A stretch of 64,000 nt of DNA from Lepidodermella squamata (lineage: Eukaryota; Animalia; Gastrotricha), in contig JBLDXI010000025.1 in NCBI GenBank assembly GCA_047495785.1, positions 992,001 through 1,056,000 on the forward strand, given 5' to 3'. The notes below the pieces were generated by a model that saw nothing but the letters and a program-made list of their open reading frames with translations, made no database searches and was not told the DNA's origin. The position numbers were made by a program, and so were the translations under genes. Each line of letters starts with the position of its first letter. The stretch's first letter is position 1. Of this stretch, positions 48,624-62,069 are shown in pieces.

Positions 48624-51600
48624 GTTAGAGTCGTGAACGTGCTGGCCGATCAAAAATGCCAGTTTGTGGGCGTAGTGGCACGGCGCCACAACTCGAATCG
48701 TGCCCGTCCAGTTGTAGTACAGGTGCGATAGGCGATACGCCAAGTGGTGATGGTCGTTAGGCGTGAGGGCCGTCGAGTCGTAGATGATGTTGTAGCGCGT
48801 TGGCACGACAGTTCCTTTGAGCACTGATTGTGCGACGACGTAGAAGTCGTACGCCCGTGGGTTTGTCACCGTGTTGTCGACAATTGTGCCTGGCAGGGGG
48901 TTCGCCAAGCCTCCGGTGCGGTCTTTCAAGAAAAAGCGAGGTCGGATGCGTTTTTGAACAACGACGAAGGAGAGTTTCGTCGCAGCTTCACTCTCGGAAC
49001 CTCCGAATGCCGCTATGGCCTTCAGCAGCTGAGGAACCTGCAAATAGTCCAAAACTTAGTTATTCGCAGGTTTAAATACAAATATTGCAAAAAAAGAAGA
49101 AATCAATATGTAGCCAAAAGTAAACTTAAATCTCCAGGAAATTTTGTTGAGAAGCGCAGGGAATTTTCCTTAGAAATCTTAGCAAATGTTGAGGAACCTC
49201 ATAAATAAAGAAGAGGAGGAGCTCTAAGTGATAACTTTCTTGAACATTTTTATTATTAGCCTGGTGAACGACTTCGCATGTCATTGAGACTTGGGGAAAA
49301 CAGAAAAATAGTCAGTTATTGCTCAAAATCAGCCATTTAGATTGAAGACATGGTTACGGCCTGGTTCAACAGTTAGAAAGTGGTGCCCCCAGAAGTAACG
49401 ATTTCGTCGTTTAAAACCTTAGCATTTTGTAAACGCATAAAAATGAAATTTTTTGCTGAATTGGTTAGTTTTCGGGCATACTCAACGAACTGTTCCTAAT
49501 TCGTGCACCGTGTTGAAAAAAGGTTTCGAAATTAATTTGAAAGAATATCCATAGGCTAAGTGTCGAGATAAGCACAATATAAATTTTAATAGGAGCTAGA
49601 AACTATGGGTAATTTGCTCCAAAACCAGTAAAATCGCAATTTTGAGCGAAAATAGTTCAAGAGAACAAAAAAATCAAACTTTGGCCAATCGAAGATTAAA
49701 TTATAATTAGTAGTAAATGAATTCAGGAAACTGAGATTTATACTCTTGGACAGCTTTCAGACAGTTGCATTTATATAAGGGCCAGACTGTTTGGTCCTAA
49801 TTTCACATTCGCGCAGGATTTCGTAGCGCGAGGGAAAAGCTACGGCCCTGGGGTTGAAAATTCGGATCGAATTTAAAGTAATGTATGCATTTTCGAAATG
49901 TCATCCCAATATCCTCATCCAAACAAACTTCGAAATTAAGACACTGATTACAATTAAGAAATTTACTTTCCCAAAGGGTTTTTGATTTCAGAAAATGTGA
50001 ATCATTAGCAATGAAACCGCTTCATCAATTCGAATTCGGAAACTAAAAACAGCTCGGGCATTTTCAATTTCAAAATTCAAAATTCATAAACCGAGTGTCC
50101 GATCTTCGAGGAATTTTACCAAATTTGCAAAAATTTTCAAGAACTCACCTCAATTTCATGAACAGCGCGCAGTTGATTATCAGCGACACCATCGCGATAG
50201 AACACGATCTTATCCGGCAGAGCTCCATTTCGATCGGAGAAGATCTTCAACGCCTCGGTCAAAAACGGCTGTAGAAAGTGCGAAATCTCGCCGCGAACCT
50301 CGTGGTGAAACGATCGCGAGTAGTATTTCGTAAACTCCTGGTCAACAGTCGCCACAAACCCGCCAACTGATTTGCCCCGAGCCGACGAATCGTGGTACGT
50401 ATCGAATCCGCAAATCATGATTTGCTTCAGCGGAATATGAACCTTCCACAAAGCTCCGCCCATTTTAACGCAAATCTGCTGCATAATGTTGCTGCAAACC
50501 GACAGCGTGTTTTTATCCAGCGTTTTCGCGACAACAACTTGGCTCGGGATGCCCAACTCGATTAGCGTGATTTTTTTAATCACCTCATACTGAGCCCGGT
50601 CTTTGCGATCCAGCAGGAACACAATCACTTTACAGTCACGCACAGACTGTTGAATCGATAGGCACTGCCTTTTGATGTGATCAGGACGAAGTGAGTCGAC
50701 TGGACAAATCCGAGGCTGCGAGATGGCGATTCCCAAGCCTTGAGCAGCACGCTTTAGATTGTCTGCGAGGACGCTAGCGACGGCTGCCCTGTTTCTCAGG
50801 TAGACCAGGGCCCAATCGTTGAGACCGCCGCTTTGATCCAGAACGTTGACGCCTGCTCGCATGTTCGACGACCAATTGGCGGATTTTGGATCGGCTTCGA
50901 TGGCTTTGTTGCCTCCGAACACTAGTTTCGGTGCCGGGAGAATTCGACCGGTTACTTGGACGGGAGCTGCGTCCAGCCTCAGGCCCCAGCTGGCTAGTTT
51001 TTGACTTGCTTCCGCTGAATTGTTGACTCTGTTCGCGAATTTGATGTAGCGCCCCTAAACAGGAAAGAAATTAGCAGGTAAAAAATGGAAAATATCTTAC
51101 AGCTGAACCAAATTTCAAAACTTGGCAGCAAATGCAAACCAAGTATTAGGGTGTAATTTTTCGAATTCTAAAATTTTTATAATTTCAGGCACAATTTAGT
51201 TCGACTACTGAAAAAATAATCATGATATACCCAAACATTTGAAATTCGTCAAGCTTTGCCTCTCCTAGTGGAACCTTACACATATTTTTTGAACAAAATT
51301 CAGAACTTGGCTTTAGAGTTTTTTATCTAATCAAAATTATGTAGGTACTACAGCGTTTCCCAGAATTTGCGTAGCTATTTTTTTATTTCAATTTTTAAAA
51401 TTCAACTAAATTGAAATTTGAAGTTTGAAATTAAACCTATACCGAGAGAATATTTCATCTTTCATCCGCGATTTAAGTGAAGAACTAACAAATTCACCGG
51501 AGAAAACCCGGAAAACCTCGATGGTAACTGGTTCGGTAAATATCAGTATTTCACCCGGTTGAACCGAATTCTCCGAACGTTTTTAGTCCCAAACAAGTGA

Positions 51601-53663
51601 CATGCTTATTCTCGTGATTTTTTAAATATTCATCTAATTTCCAAGCATTTCTAAAAATTTCCAATTTCCTAAATTTTTAATTCTTAATTTCATTATATTT
51701 ATTCTAATTTTATTTCTAATTACAAAATTCTTCTGGCCATCAGATGTGGCTTCGTCCTTCATTTTCGAGTTTCTGAACGGTGTATATTTCTTCACTGTTG
51801 CGTTACTTAGGGGACGCGCTATAGAAACCAGCATTTTTTTCATTATTTGTTCATCTAACAGTGATTTTGACCAATTGAATAATGGTCCGGAACCAAATTT
51901 GCTGTTAGCGGAACCAAATTTTGGAATTTTCTAGTGGCCTGAAATCACTTTTCAGATATATCTTGCGGGTCAAGACCGCAATAATTGTAAAAAAAGTCAC
52001 CAGTAAATTCAGCATAGTAAATCATGCATCGCCTAAAATTCATAGAATTATTCATAAAATGACTCTCGAAATGGCATTTTTCGTCTTAGGTTCCGCAAAA
52101 TGTTCCGCTACGGCAAATTAGGTTCTGCTCACCGTAAATTTTGTCCCGCTAAAAGATATTCTGGTTTTTTATTGCATTAATAATTAGCAATAATTAGCAT
52201 TAATAATTAGCCCCGCAATAAATTCTGGTGCCATTTTTCTTATGCGGAGACGAAATTTTTTAAGGTAATCTGAGGTGAGGAATCGGGCTAAATGGTCAAA
52301 AAGTTTCCGGTCATATGCTTTCAGATACAAAAATATCGATTTTATGTAAACTTTTCGGATATTATTCGACAAGCAAGTTTAGAAATAGTTTCAATTCGAT
52401 TGAATTTGAACAAGTAATCAAAAATAGGAAAAAATTCCGGAAAAATTGTTAACATACCATTCGTCGATCGGGCATGAGACGCGTCACCTCGCCGTACGCT
52501 TTCATCAACTCGTAATTGCTGCGCTGCGCATCACTGAGCCCGCTCATAAAACACAACTCGGGCACTAACTTCACCAGTGAATCTTCACCCTCCGCCATAC
52601 GCCGCGCCATTTTCCTCGCCTTGGAAACCAACAACGGCTGGCCCAAATCCTGGATTTCGATATCATACTGCCGCTTCATGTAGGCCGCAATCGAAATTTC
52701 ATTGCCATGCGAGTCTTTGAACACAGTTTCTTTAGGGTTATTGCCCCACAGAATGTCGTCAATGACGTAAGTTTTGTTGTTGTACCTGGTCAGAACAACT
52801 TGGCCAATCAACTCCTTCTCACACTCTTCTTGAATATTGCGGCATCGGGGATTATCGGACAATTTCGCAATGACTTGATAAACTGTTTCAGTCCGCAAAA
52901 CTCGATGGCACACGTCGATATTCAACAACAATTCGTTTTCGTATTTCTGAATGGTCATGTCATAGCCGGGCCAGACAGTTAGGCCGTGCTGCGGAATGGG
53001 CTCAGCAGCCTGGTTGTCGAAAAACGCATCACGGCTTTGAACCAAATTCAGAGCCTTTTGCATCTCCTTCACGGCGATCGACAAAATTCGAATCGCCTCA
53101 TCGCTGTCCGGCGATATTTCACTCGTAAATCTGATTCGAAGCTTGACATCAGTCTGATCCAATTCATTTCGAGAGGTCAAAATCGTTTCATCATCCGGCA
53201 ATCGAGTTGTCGAGATCAAATTTGATCCGTTGAACATGATTTCGTTGCCAAGGGTTTGGTGATGCGCGTAAACAAGCGCTCGCCTGAGTCTCATACTGTC
53301 GATTTGCGGTTCGAAATCGACGTGGTACTCGCAGACAGACCACGTTGGGCCGCCTTGGAAGCGGAAAAAGTTGGTCAGTAGTTTCGTTTCTAGGCCGGAA
53401 TTTCCGGCGACGGTTGTCACGTGGGCAGGGCGGGTGCGCGGGGTGATGAGGGCCTCGTCTCGGCGATTTCGCATCTCCCGGAGCTGTTCGACTCGGAAGG
53501 CGGCTGTTGCTCCACCAACGGCGCCTCGCGGGGCCAGACCGCCGCGTGGGAGTGGTTCTTGATGGCCGCCAACTGGATTATTAGGTGGGTTATTCGGTGG
53601 GGTTACAGGTCCGGATCTTGCGCGGCCTCGAGCTCTACCACGCCCACATCCACCTTCAGCCAT
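48585..53663 (-). CDS. piwi: PIWI-clade Argonaute 1; exons 53663-52458, 51054-50149, 49037-48585
   Basis: N-terminal GRGRARG; PAZ VLTRYNNKTY...LVPELC; MID YEVIKK/PSQ/KMGG; catalytic tetrad GFDTYHD, RGEIS, YRDGV, YAHKLA; C-terminal LYYL. Confidence 0.95.
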
Positions 53664-55338
53664 TTTTTGGTTCAAATTCTGAGTAAAAACAACCTATAAC
53701 AAAGCATCTTAAAGTAAAAATCTAAATAATAAAATAATAAATCTAAAACGAGAAGCGATTCGCGGTTGGAGAACATCCTCAGAAATGTAATTAGTACCGA
53801 AACCCAAACGAAAATTAAAATTAAAATTCCCATTTTAAAGTTTTTATACTTTTAGTTGAGCTCCAAAATTTCTCAAAATTTCTTCGTCGACCCAGACTCT
53901 TCTTTTCGAAAGTTTTGACATTTTTCGCAAATTTTTCGGCATTCAACTTTTTCGAAATAACTTCAAAAGAGTTGGGCGCACGAAGCACATTTATCGCTCA
54001 ATCTAACTGTTAGGGGTTTGAAGGGGTTTGAATTTTTTTAAACACGCTTTGCCGCGAATTTGAAATTCGTATACTAATCATTCGCGTTCTACTTGCTAGA
54101 AGTCAACTGCGTCCTCTCTTCAAATAATAACATAGGTAAGCGACTGAGACTCAACTTTATATGCCTGAATAGACAGTTCGCATATTTTATGTACCCAAGT
54201 GGATAACTCGAGCGGCATTTATTGCCAGCTGGCGGTTGGAGATTACAAGCTAGAAAGTATGGGAAAACACGCTGGCCGGACGTCTACTACCATATAAACC
54301 GTTTCACTAATCGACCTAATGTCGACCTTAATAGCCATTGCAGCTGCTAATGATGCAGCAGGTGTAATTTACTTCGTTCACTTTGACAAGCCTAAATGAC
54401 GCGATTTCGACCCGTCGGAACATAAAGATCAATCTTAGTCGGATGTAAGGTTAATCTGATCTCTATGTCCCCGAAATTCAACAAATCAATAGGCCAGTGT
54501 TTTTTTGCGATTTTTTCTTAATACTTTTAATCGATAATGACGCCGCCAGACATTTCGTAGACAATTCTAGTTAAGCTACCTGATACCATCGGCCTGGTAA
54601 GATCATTTTATATTCAGCTGAAACGAAGCTCGAGCTAGACGAAAAATTCAGCTCGAAAAATTACTGATGTTTAAAATCGATACAAAATCGATACATATAG
54701 GATCGAATTCGAATGCGCAGGTTGACGGATGAAGCGTATCTCGTAAACTGACCGGTTAGCTCGATAAAAATACCTCGTTCAGTAATAGAAAAGAGACGAA
54801 GCTTGAAAAGTCATAATTCAGCAAATTTCAGCCTCGGATCTAGTGTCGAAACCTTCAATTTAACAAGATGTGAACTGGCCACAATCGATAACAGATAAAA
54901 TCTCCCGAAAAGAGCGGTTGGTAATTTAAAAAATTCCGGAATAGGGGCCAAACCTTCGCGCTTCTCTTCATTCATTCTTCATTCTTCTTCAGCTTTTTTT
55001 CGGCCATTCGTCGTTCGACTACTGGAAAATGTTGATTATTTGATAAAAGATGTAGGCCAATATCTAAAACTCGGTACTACCTAAATAGGCATAAATAAAC
55101 GAAAATTCAGAAATTCAAATTAAAAAATCAGAAAAATATTTCAACATGCACTTTGACAAAAATTTGCATTTATTTGCTGGATTTTAAAAGCGAAAAAATC
55201 CGATCAAGTAACCAAGCGTGGAGATAAATCGATAATAATATTGAATGTTGAGAATATCATGCTTCAAAAAATGGCAAGAAGATGATAATACACTAAAGAC
55301 AGCAACATCGCCACAGAGTCTCAATAAATAACATAATT

Positions 55339-58300
55339 TTACAGGTAATACAGCGAATGGCGCAGATTTCGATGGATGTTAGTGTCGTGAACGTGCTGCC
55401 CGATGAGGAATGCCAATTTGTGGGCGTAATGGCACGGCGCCACAACTCGAATCGTGCCCGGCCAGTTGTAGTACAAATGGGACAGCCGATAGGCCAACTG
55501 GTGGTGGTGGCTGGAAGACAGTTCCGAGGTCTCGTAGATGATGTTGTAGCGCGTTGGGGTGACCGTTCCTTGGCGGACGGACTGCGCGACGACGTAGAAG
55601 TCGTACGATCGAGGGTTAGTCACCGTGTTGTCGACAATTGTCCCCGGCAGTGGGTTCGCCAATCGCCCGGTGCGGTCTTTCAAGAAAAAGCGAGGTCGGA
55701 TGCGTTTTTGCACGACAACGAAGGCTAGCTTAGCGGCAGCTTGATTGGTTGAACCGCCGAATCGCGTTATTGCGTCCAGAATCTGAGGAACCTGAAATAA
55801 AAAAAAAGAAATGACATTAACCTGAATAAATAGTCAAAACGTTTCTTATAGTTAATCAGAGTAAGAGAGCGCAAAGCTGGAACAAGTTAAAACATTTTGC
55901 GAATGATTTCATTTCTCTAATTTAATCAAATTTTTTATGCTCCGCTATAGCAAGGACATAGGTAGGCCCATAAAGAGCAATAATTATTGCTAGTTTCAGA
56001 TAAAAATAAAAATCTAGGATGAATGAATTTAGATTTTGAGGTTTTTATTCCGAAATTTCAGCGCAAAATGCGTGTCCCACTGAACGAAGATCCCAATATC
56101 GAAATATTGCCTCAGAATGAGCCTGGAGAAATAAGGGCAATTTCATCTGAGAAAATTTGAGAATTCGCAGATGTGGAACTAGATTCCAACTTTCGACAAC
56201 CCAGCTCCGACCAACTGTTCCATTCCTCAGAAAGATAAGATTGGAAAATTTACCCCCAAAAGCCAGGAGTATAAATATTTTAAAAATTATGGAATTCATG
56301 ATTTGATAAACGCCGCAATCAGAGATTCAAACAAATTCCGAAAATTTCGTATTAATTCAAAAATTGACACTCAGACTTCTACAGCGTGTCCCATTTTTCA
56401 ATTTTGAAAAAAATTCAGCAAACTTTTTTTAATTAAGGCGATTGGGGGATCTTCCATCCGATATCCACGATATACCCGAAGAAATAAAAAATATCACCGG
56501 GGAAACCCCGAAAAACCCAAATGGTAACTAGTTCGATAACTTTCCGTTTTCACCTGGTTGGATCAACATTTCTTCGGATTTTTTTTCTAAGATTTTTCTG
56601 GTAATGAGATATCGTTAGCGGCGCGCCAAAACAACCACTTTACTATTTACAGATTTTATATGGATAGTACGATCGAGAGTAGAAAAAAATCAGTGCTCAA
56701 ATGGCCTATCGTACTTCATCATTACGTTCGGCGACTTCAAGTACGATCGAATGAATCATCTAAGTGGTTGTTTTGGCGCGCCGCTAACGATATGATTTCC
56801 CTCTCATTTTAGAGCTTATGATCCTTTTTCCGTGCATTTTCTTTGTTTGCGTTACGTATAGAACACGCCGTAGTAGGACTAAATATTTGAATGAAGCGAA
56901 ATTTCTTTGAAGCGATTAAAGCGAAAATTATTACAATTTTTTCTGCCTTCATGATTTTTTTAGTTATCTTACAAATTAGGACCGAATTTGAAAATAATTG
57001 AAATTGTACAGTGTGATTAAGATCGAACCTAAAAAGATGCTTTAGAAGGGGAACAAAATTGAAATTGAAAATTTATCCGTCGATAAACAGAAATGACCTC
57101 AAATTTGTTATAATTTAGTTCAATAATAAATGAATGGGCAAGAATGGGGAATGATCGTAAATATATAAACAACATACTTCGACTTGGTGAACAGCCCTCA
57201 GCTGATTGTCCGCGACCCCGTCGCGATAGAAGATAATCTTGTCCGGCAACGAACCATTTCGATCGGAGAAGATCTTCAGCGCCTCGGTCAAGCACGGCAG
57301 AAGGAAATGCGAAATCTCGCCGCGCACTTCATGATGAAACGACCTCGAGTAGTACTTGGTAAACTCCTGGTCAACAGTCGCCACAAACCCGCCAACTGAT
57401 TTGCCACGAGCCGACGAATCGTGGTACGTATCGAAGCCGCAAATCATAACCTTGTTCAGCGGAATTTTCACTTTCCAAATCGAACCGCCCAATTTAACGC
57501 ACAACTGTTGCATGATTTTCGTGCAGACTGACATCATATTTTTCTTCAGCGTGTGGATGACAAACACCTGGCTCGGGATGCCAAACTCAACTAAGGTAAT
57601 TTTCTTAACGATCTCATACTGGCTTCGATCTTTGCTGTCTAGCATGACGATGATCATTTTGCAGTCTGGGATGCTCTGGGCTGCGGCTTGGCAGGCGTTT
57701 TTCAACTGGCCACGCATATTGTCGACGGGGTAAGGTGCCGGCGGGGCGCAGTTCATGCCCATGCCTCTGGCGACTCGCTCCAGGCTGCCGTAGAATTCTT
57801 TGGCGACGCCTTCGTTTCGCCGCGAGAAGACGAACGCCCATTTGACGAGGCCGCCGTTTTGATCGATCACCTTGGCCGATTGGATGTCGCGCGACCATTC
57901 GGCGGTCATCGCGTCGGCGGTTATTGTCTTGTCGCCGAAGATGATTTCGACGGGCTTGAGCTGCCGGCCGGTGAGCTCGACCGGCTGCGGCACGAGGCTG
58001 AGACCCCAGTTGGCGAGTTTTTGAGTAGCTTCAGCAGATTCGGCGACTCGTCTTCCGAAGCCGATGTAACGGGACTGAAAATTAAAGAATAAAAAATTTA
58101 ATTTTCAAAAATTAAAAAATAATTGGAATTTCATAAAAATTAATCCAAAAACAGAAATATCGTTTCATTCCCAAAGTTAAATTTTTTTTCACAATTTCGA
58201 CGTAATAACTTTATTTTTTATCATGTGAAATTTCGAGCGATTTTAAAATATAAAAAATTCGGCGGTGTTTTTTCATCTTTCATCTTTCATTTTTTCCTTG

Positions 58301-60156
58301 CCATCGTTTTTCCAAATGTTGTCCTGAAAATTGATAATTTAGGAAATTTCTGTGTAATTCCAAAAATATGTTTTCACCTAACCAGGACCCTTCAATAATT
58401 CAGCTGAAAATACTTTTTCGTTGAAGTTGAAATTATAGCAAATTTGCAACTCCCAATTTTGCAAATTTAAATGCCCTATCTAGGGAGTTCCGATCAATCA
58501 CTCGGCTAACATGGTCTGGTCCGGGACCAGAGCGAGAAATGCCAAGTGCACCTCTAAAATTGAGGTAAAAAATCCGACATTTTCGACTTGCCACATTCAA
58601 TTAAAAAATCAATTTGGGCGGTACACTTTTCCTGTGTTCACAAGGCCACATCCTTCCTAATTTAGGTCATCAATTAAGTTATTTTCTACAATATCGTAAT
58701 TTTTCAGGAATTTTTAGAAAAATTTGAAAACTTGAATTTCAAGATAAGAAAATTTATAAATAACTCTGGATTCAATTTTTTCAATTTTGAATCGATTCTG
58801 GGGCAAATTTCGAAAAATATTTTATTAATTTAAAATAATTTTAAGTTGAGAAATTTTTTGAAAAATTATTGGACTTGATTGAAATTTAGCGTCGAAAATG
58901 AATGAAATAAATGTTGAATTTTACACAAATCATTAAAAATTTATTTGACTCACCATTCTCTGCTCGGGCCTGAGACGTGTCACCTCGCCGTACGCTTTCA
59001 TCAACTGGAAATTGCTGCGCTGCGCATCACTGAGCCCGCTCATAAAACACAACTCGGGCACCAATTTCACGAGCGAATCTTCACCCTCCGCCTTGCGACG
59101 CGCCATTTTCCTCGCCTTGGACACCAACAACGGCTGCCCCAAATCCTGGATATCAATATTATACTGGCGCTTCATGTAGGCCGCAATCGTAATTTCGTCG
59201 CCTTTAGAATCCTTGAACACAGTTTTCCCGGCAGTATTATCCCACAACACGTCGTCGATCGTGTAAGTCTTGTTGTTGTACCTGGTCAAAACAACCTGGC
59301 CAATCAACTCGCTCTCACACGCTTCTTTGTAACCGCGGCCATTGCAATTACGCGACAATTCCGTCATGACCTGGTAAACTGTCGCAGTCCTCAAAACTCG
59401 GTGACACACGTCGATATTCAGCAGCAATTCTTGGTCGTACTTTTGAATGGTCATGTCGTAGCCAGGCCAGACAGTTAGGCCGTACTGCGGAATCGGCTCA
59501 GCGGCAAGGTTATCATAGAAGGCGTCACGGCTTTGAACTAGATTCAGAGCCTTTTGCATCTCCTTCACAGCTATGGAAAGAATCCGAATCGCCTCATCGC
59601 TATCAGGCGAGATTTCGTTCGTAAATCGAATTCGAAGTTTAACATCGGTTTCGTCCAATTCATTTCGAGATGTCAGGATCGTCTCGTCGTCAGGCAGCCG
59701 GGTTGTAGAAATTAAATTCGAACCATTGAACATAATTTTGCTGCCAAGGGTTTGGCGATGCGCGTACACCAGCGCTCGCCTGAGTTTCATTGAGTCGATT
59801 TCTGGTTGAAAATCAACATGGTATTCGTAAACAGCCCACGTCGGCCCGCCCTTGAAGCGAAAGAAGTTCGTTTGCAGCTTAATCTCCGAGCCAGCATTGC
59901 CAGCGACTGACGTCACGCCGGCTGGGCGAGTGTGGGGTGTAATGATGGCCTCATCTCGCCGATTGCGCATTTCTCGCAGGCGTTCGACTCGGGAAGCAGC
60001 GCCAGCGCCAGCCGCGGCGCCTCGAGGAGCCAGGCCGCCGCGAGGGAGGGCTTGAGGTTCGCTGCTATCGCCGACGCCGGTGTTCATTAGAGGCGGTGAT
60101 GGGCCTGACCGAGCCCGGCCACGTGCTCGCCCAGCGCCATTTCCACCTTCAGCCAT
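55339..60156 (-). CDS. piwi: PIWI-clade Argonaute 2 (tandem paralog); exons 60156-58954, 58074-57178, 55791-55339
   Basis: Same architecture and same two phase-0 introns as PIWI-1; intact DEDH tetrad; YYNWPGTIRV; LYYL end. Confidence 0.95.
56609..56793. mobile_element. 185-bp MITE with perfect ~32-bp terminal inverted repeats in PIWI-2 intron 2
   Basis: ATATCGTTAGCGGCGCGCCAAAACAACCACTT ... AAGTGGTTGTTTTGGCGCGCCGCTAACGATAT. Confidence 0.85.
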
Positions 60157-61124
60157 GAATAATCAATACAAAATTTGATCTAAAAACAAAAGAATAACAA
60201 TTCTGTAGAATGATCACAGTTGACAGCCAATGTGACTTCCAAAAAAAATCAAACGTGCGCATTTTTATACCTACCTTTCACAAAAAGTACGCAAAATGGT
60301 GATTAAAAAATCTGCTTTTAAAAGGAAAAACGCGAATTTTGATAAACGCAAGAATTAAGATGGATTTTTTTGTTATATTCGAGGATTCGAGAATTCGAAT
60401 ATTCGTGAGTTAAGGATTGAAAAAAAATATTTTGTCGCTCAATTTCCGATCAAGAATCAAGCTTTGACATGTACAAGGCGCGGGCAAGAGATATATCACG
60501 ACTTCTGATGTAATCAACAATAATTAAGCCAAAAACAGCTGCGCATTTGCCTAGAGCCGAGATGACCTTTCGCTCGCGCGGCGGTTTATTAGGGGTAATT
60601 AATTATCAATTGCCGCACAGGGAGCGAGGAAAGCGAAGACAGAAATTACCCAAAATGTAGGGCACATTATAGCAGGTTATAGCGCTCGCTCCGACGGGTC
60701 AACAGCTTCACGCCTTTTTTGAATTGGAATAAGTCCAGGGTGCGTTCGAGTGCAAGGCAACGCATGTTGAACGGCACTAAAATTCTAAAATTCAAATGAG
60801 GTGCAATACCGTGAAATTAATTTTCCAATCGATTAATCTGCGATTTAAATACGCACACGTGGGTCTTCAATATATTTTATATAATTTATATATAATTTAT
60901 ATAATTTATCAGAGAACAGGTGTTTTGAGTTAATTGAGAAATAAAAAAGCTTTCGGCAAAATAAAGAAATGAAAGTGCTCTGCTGTCAGGTGGCGAGTTG
61001 TAGGCGATCAATTACTACGATACTAAGCTAGCAAAAATTTGCAATTTCGCACCTATGTGTTCGAAAAAATGTAGCTGATCGTTGAAATTTGAGAAAGTTT
61101 AAAAGCTACACAAATTCATCTCCC

Positions 61125-61484
61125 CGCGAGCGAAGCGAGCTTTAGCTAACGCTATTTTTTGAAAATTGGACTAACTTAGGAATAATTGAAAATTTGTACC
61201 CAATTTTTCTGATCTTAAGTTTTCAGGAGTCACGATCTCAACGAATTCTCCCGCATATGGGCGTGGGGCGTCGTTAACCCTCACTACCTAGTTTTAGTGC
61301 ATTTCTGCCCACTGCGCGCCCTAGCTATACCGGCTACAATTGATGATTTTGCAACTTCTTATTGATTGTTAAATTGATTTCCGATCCCTGAGAAAGCAGC
61401 CAATATAAAAATCTATAATCTGAGCGGAAATGTAGAATAGTACCCGTAACGCGAGCGAAGCGAGCTTTAGCTGGCGCTACTTTT
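61125..61484 (+). repeat. Direct repeat CGCGAGCGAAGCGAGCTTTAGCT..CGCTA, probable interspersed-repeat remnant
   Basis: Two copies at ~61125 and ~61450. Confidence 0.6.
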
Positions 61485-61999
61485 GTGGAGTTTTCTGCAT
61501 GAATAGCCTAAAAATGCTCCAAATTTGGGTTGAGAGCTGAAATTTTCCTGGGAAGCGAGAATTCGATAAAAAATCTCGTCAGGGGGCGGCGCCCCACTCG
61601 CGTGATAAATGGCATCAAAAAGGAAAATCGGGATCATTTTGAGAAAATTTTCAAAGCGAGAAGCCAAATGCAAATTCCTGATAAGCTGTTGTCAATGAAT
61701 TATTAGCAAATGCATGGCACGCTTCTATAACGCCTTCGAAGCAATTAACGTCTGTCTGCTATTACTTGCTTTTCGCGTTTTGCGGTCCTCGCATTTGCTC
61801 GCCAAGCAACAGTGGACCACTATTATTGCTGATTGCTGTTATGGTTATTATTAACATGCATTACACCCATTTAAACCCGTGTTGTGTCGGAGCTGTTGGT
61901 ATTACTTCTTTGGTATAAAAAGACGAAAAATCAGTTTCATTGAAAATTTAACAAGGGAAAATGCGAGGAAAGTGTATTAAAATTGACTTGTCAGTAGAC

Positions 62000-62069
62000 G
62001 CTGGCGGCCCTTTTTGACTGGTGGCCCCTGGGCTCCAGCCCTCCAAGCCCATACGTTAATCCGGCCCTG
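62000..62069. mobile_element. Solo hAT-like MITE terminus
   Basis: GGCCCCTGGGCTCCAGCCC...GCCCATACGTTAATCCGGCCCTG; reverse complement begins CAGGGCCGGATT, a common hAT-type end; partner end not found. Confidence 0.5.

Noticed and set aside
51840-52160. MITE in PIWI-1 intron 1 (GCGGAACC / GTTCCGC inverted motifs)
   Set aside because: Suggestive, but termini and TSD could not be defined.
48585-60156. Prokaryotic Argonaute defence system
   Set aside because: Spliceosomal introns, RG-rich N-termini and PIWI-clade motifs show these are animal PIWIs.
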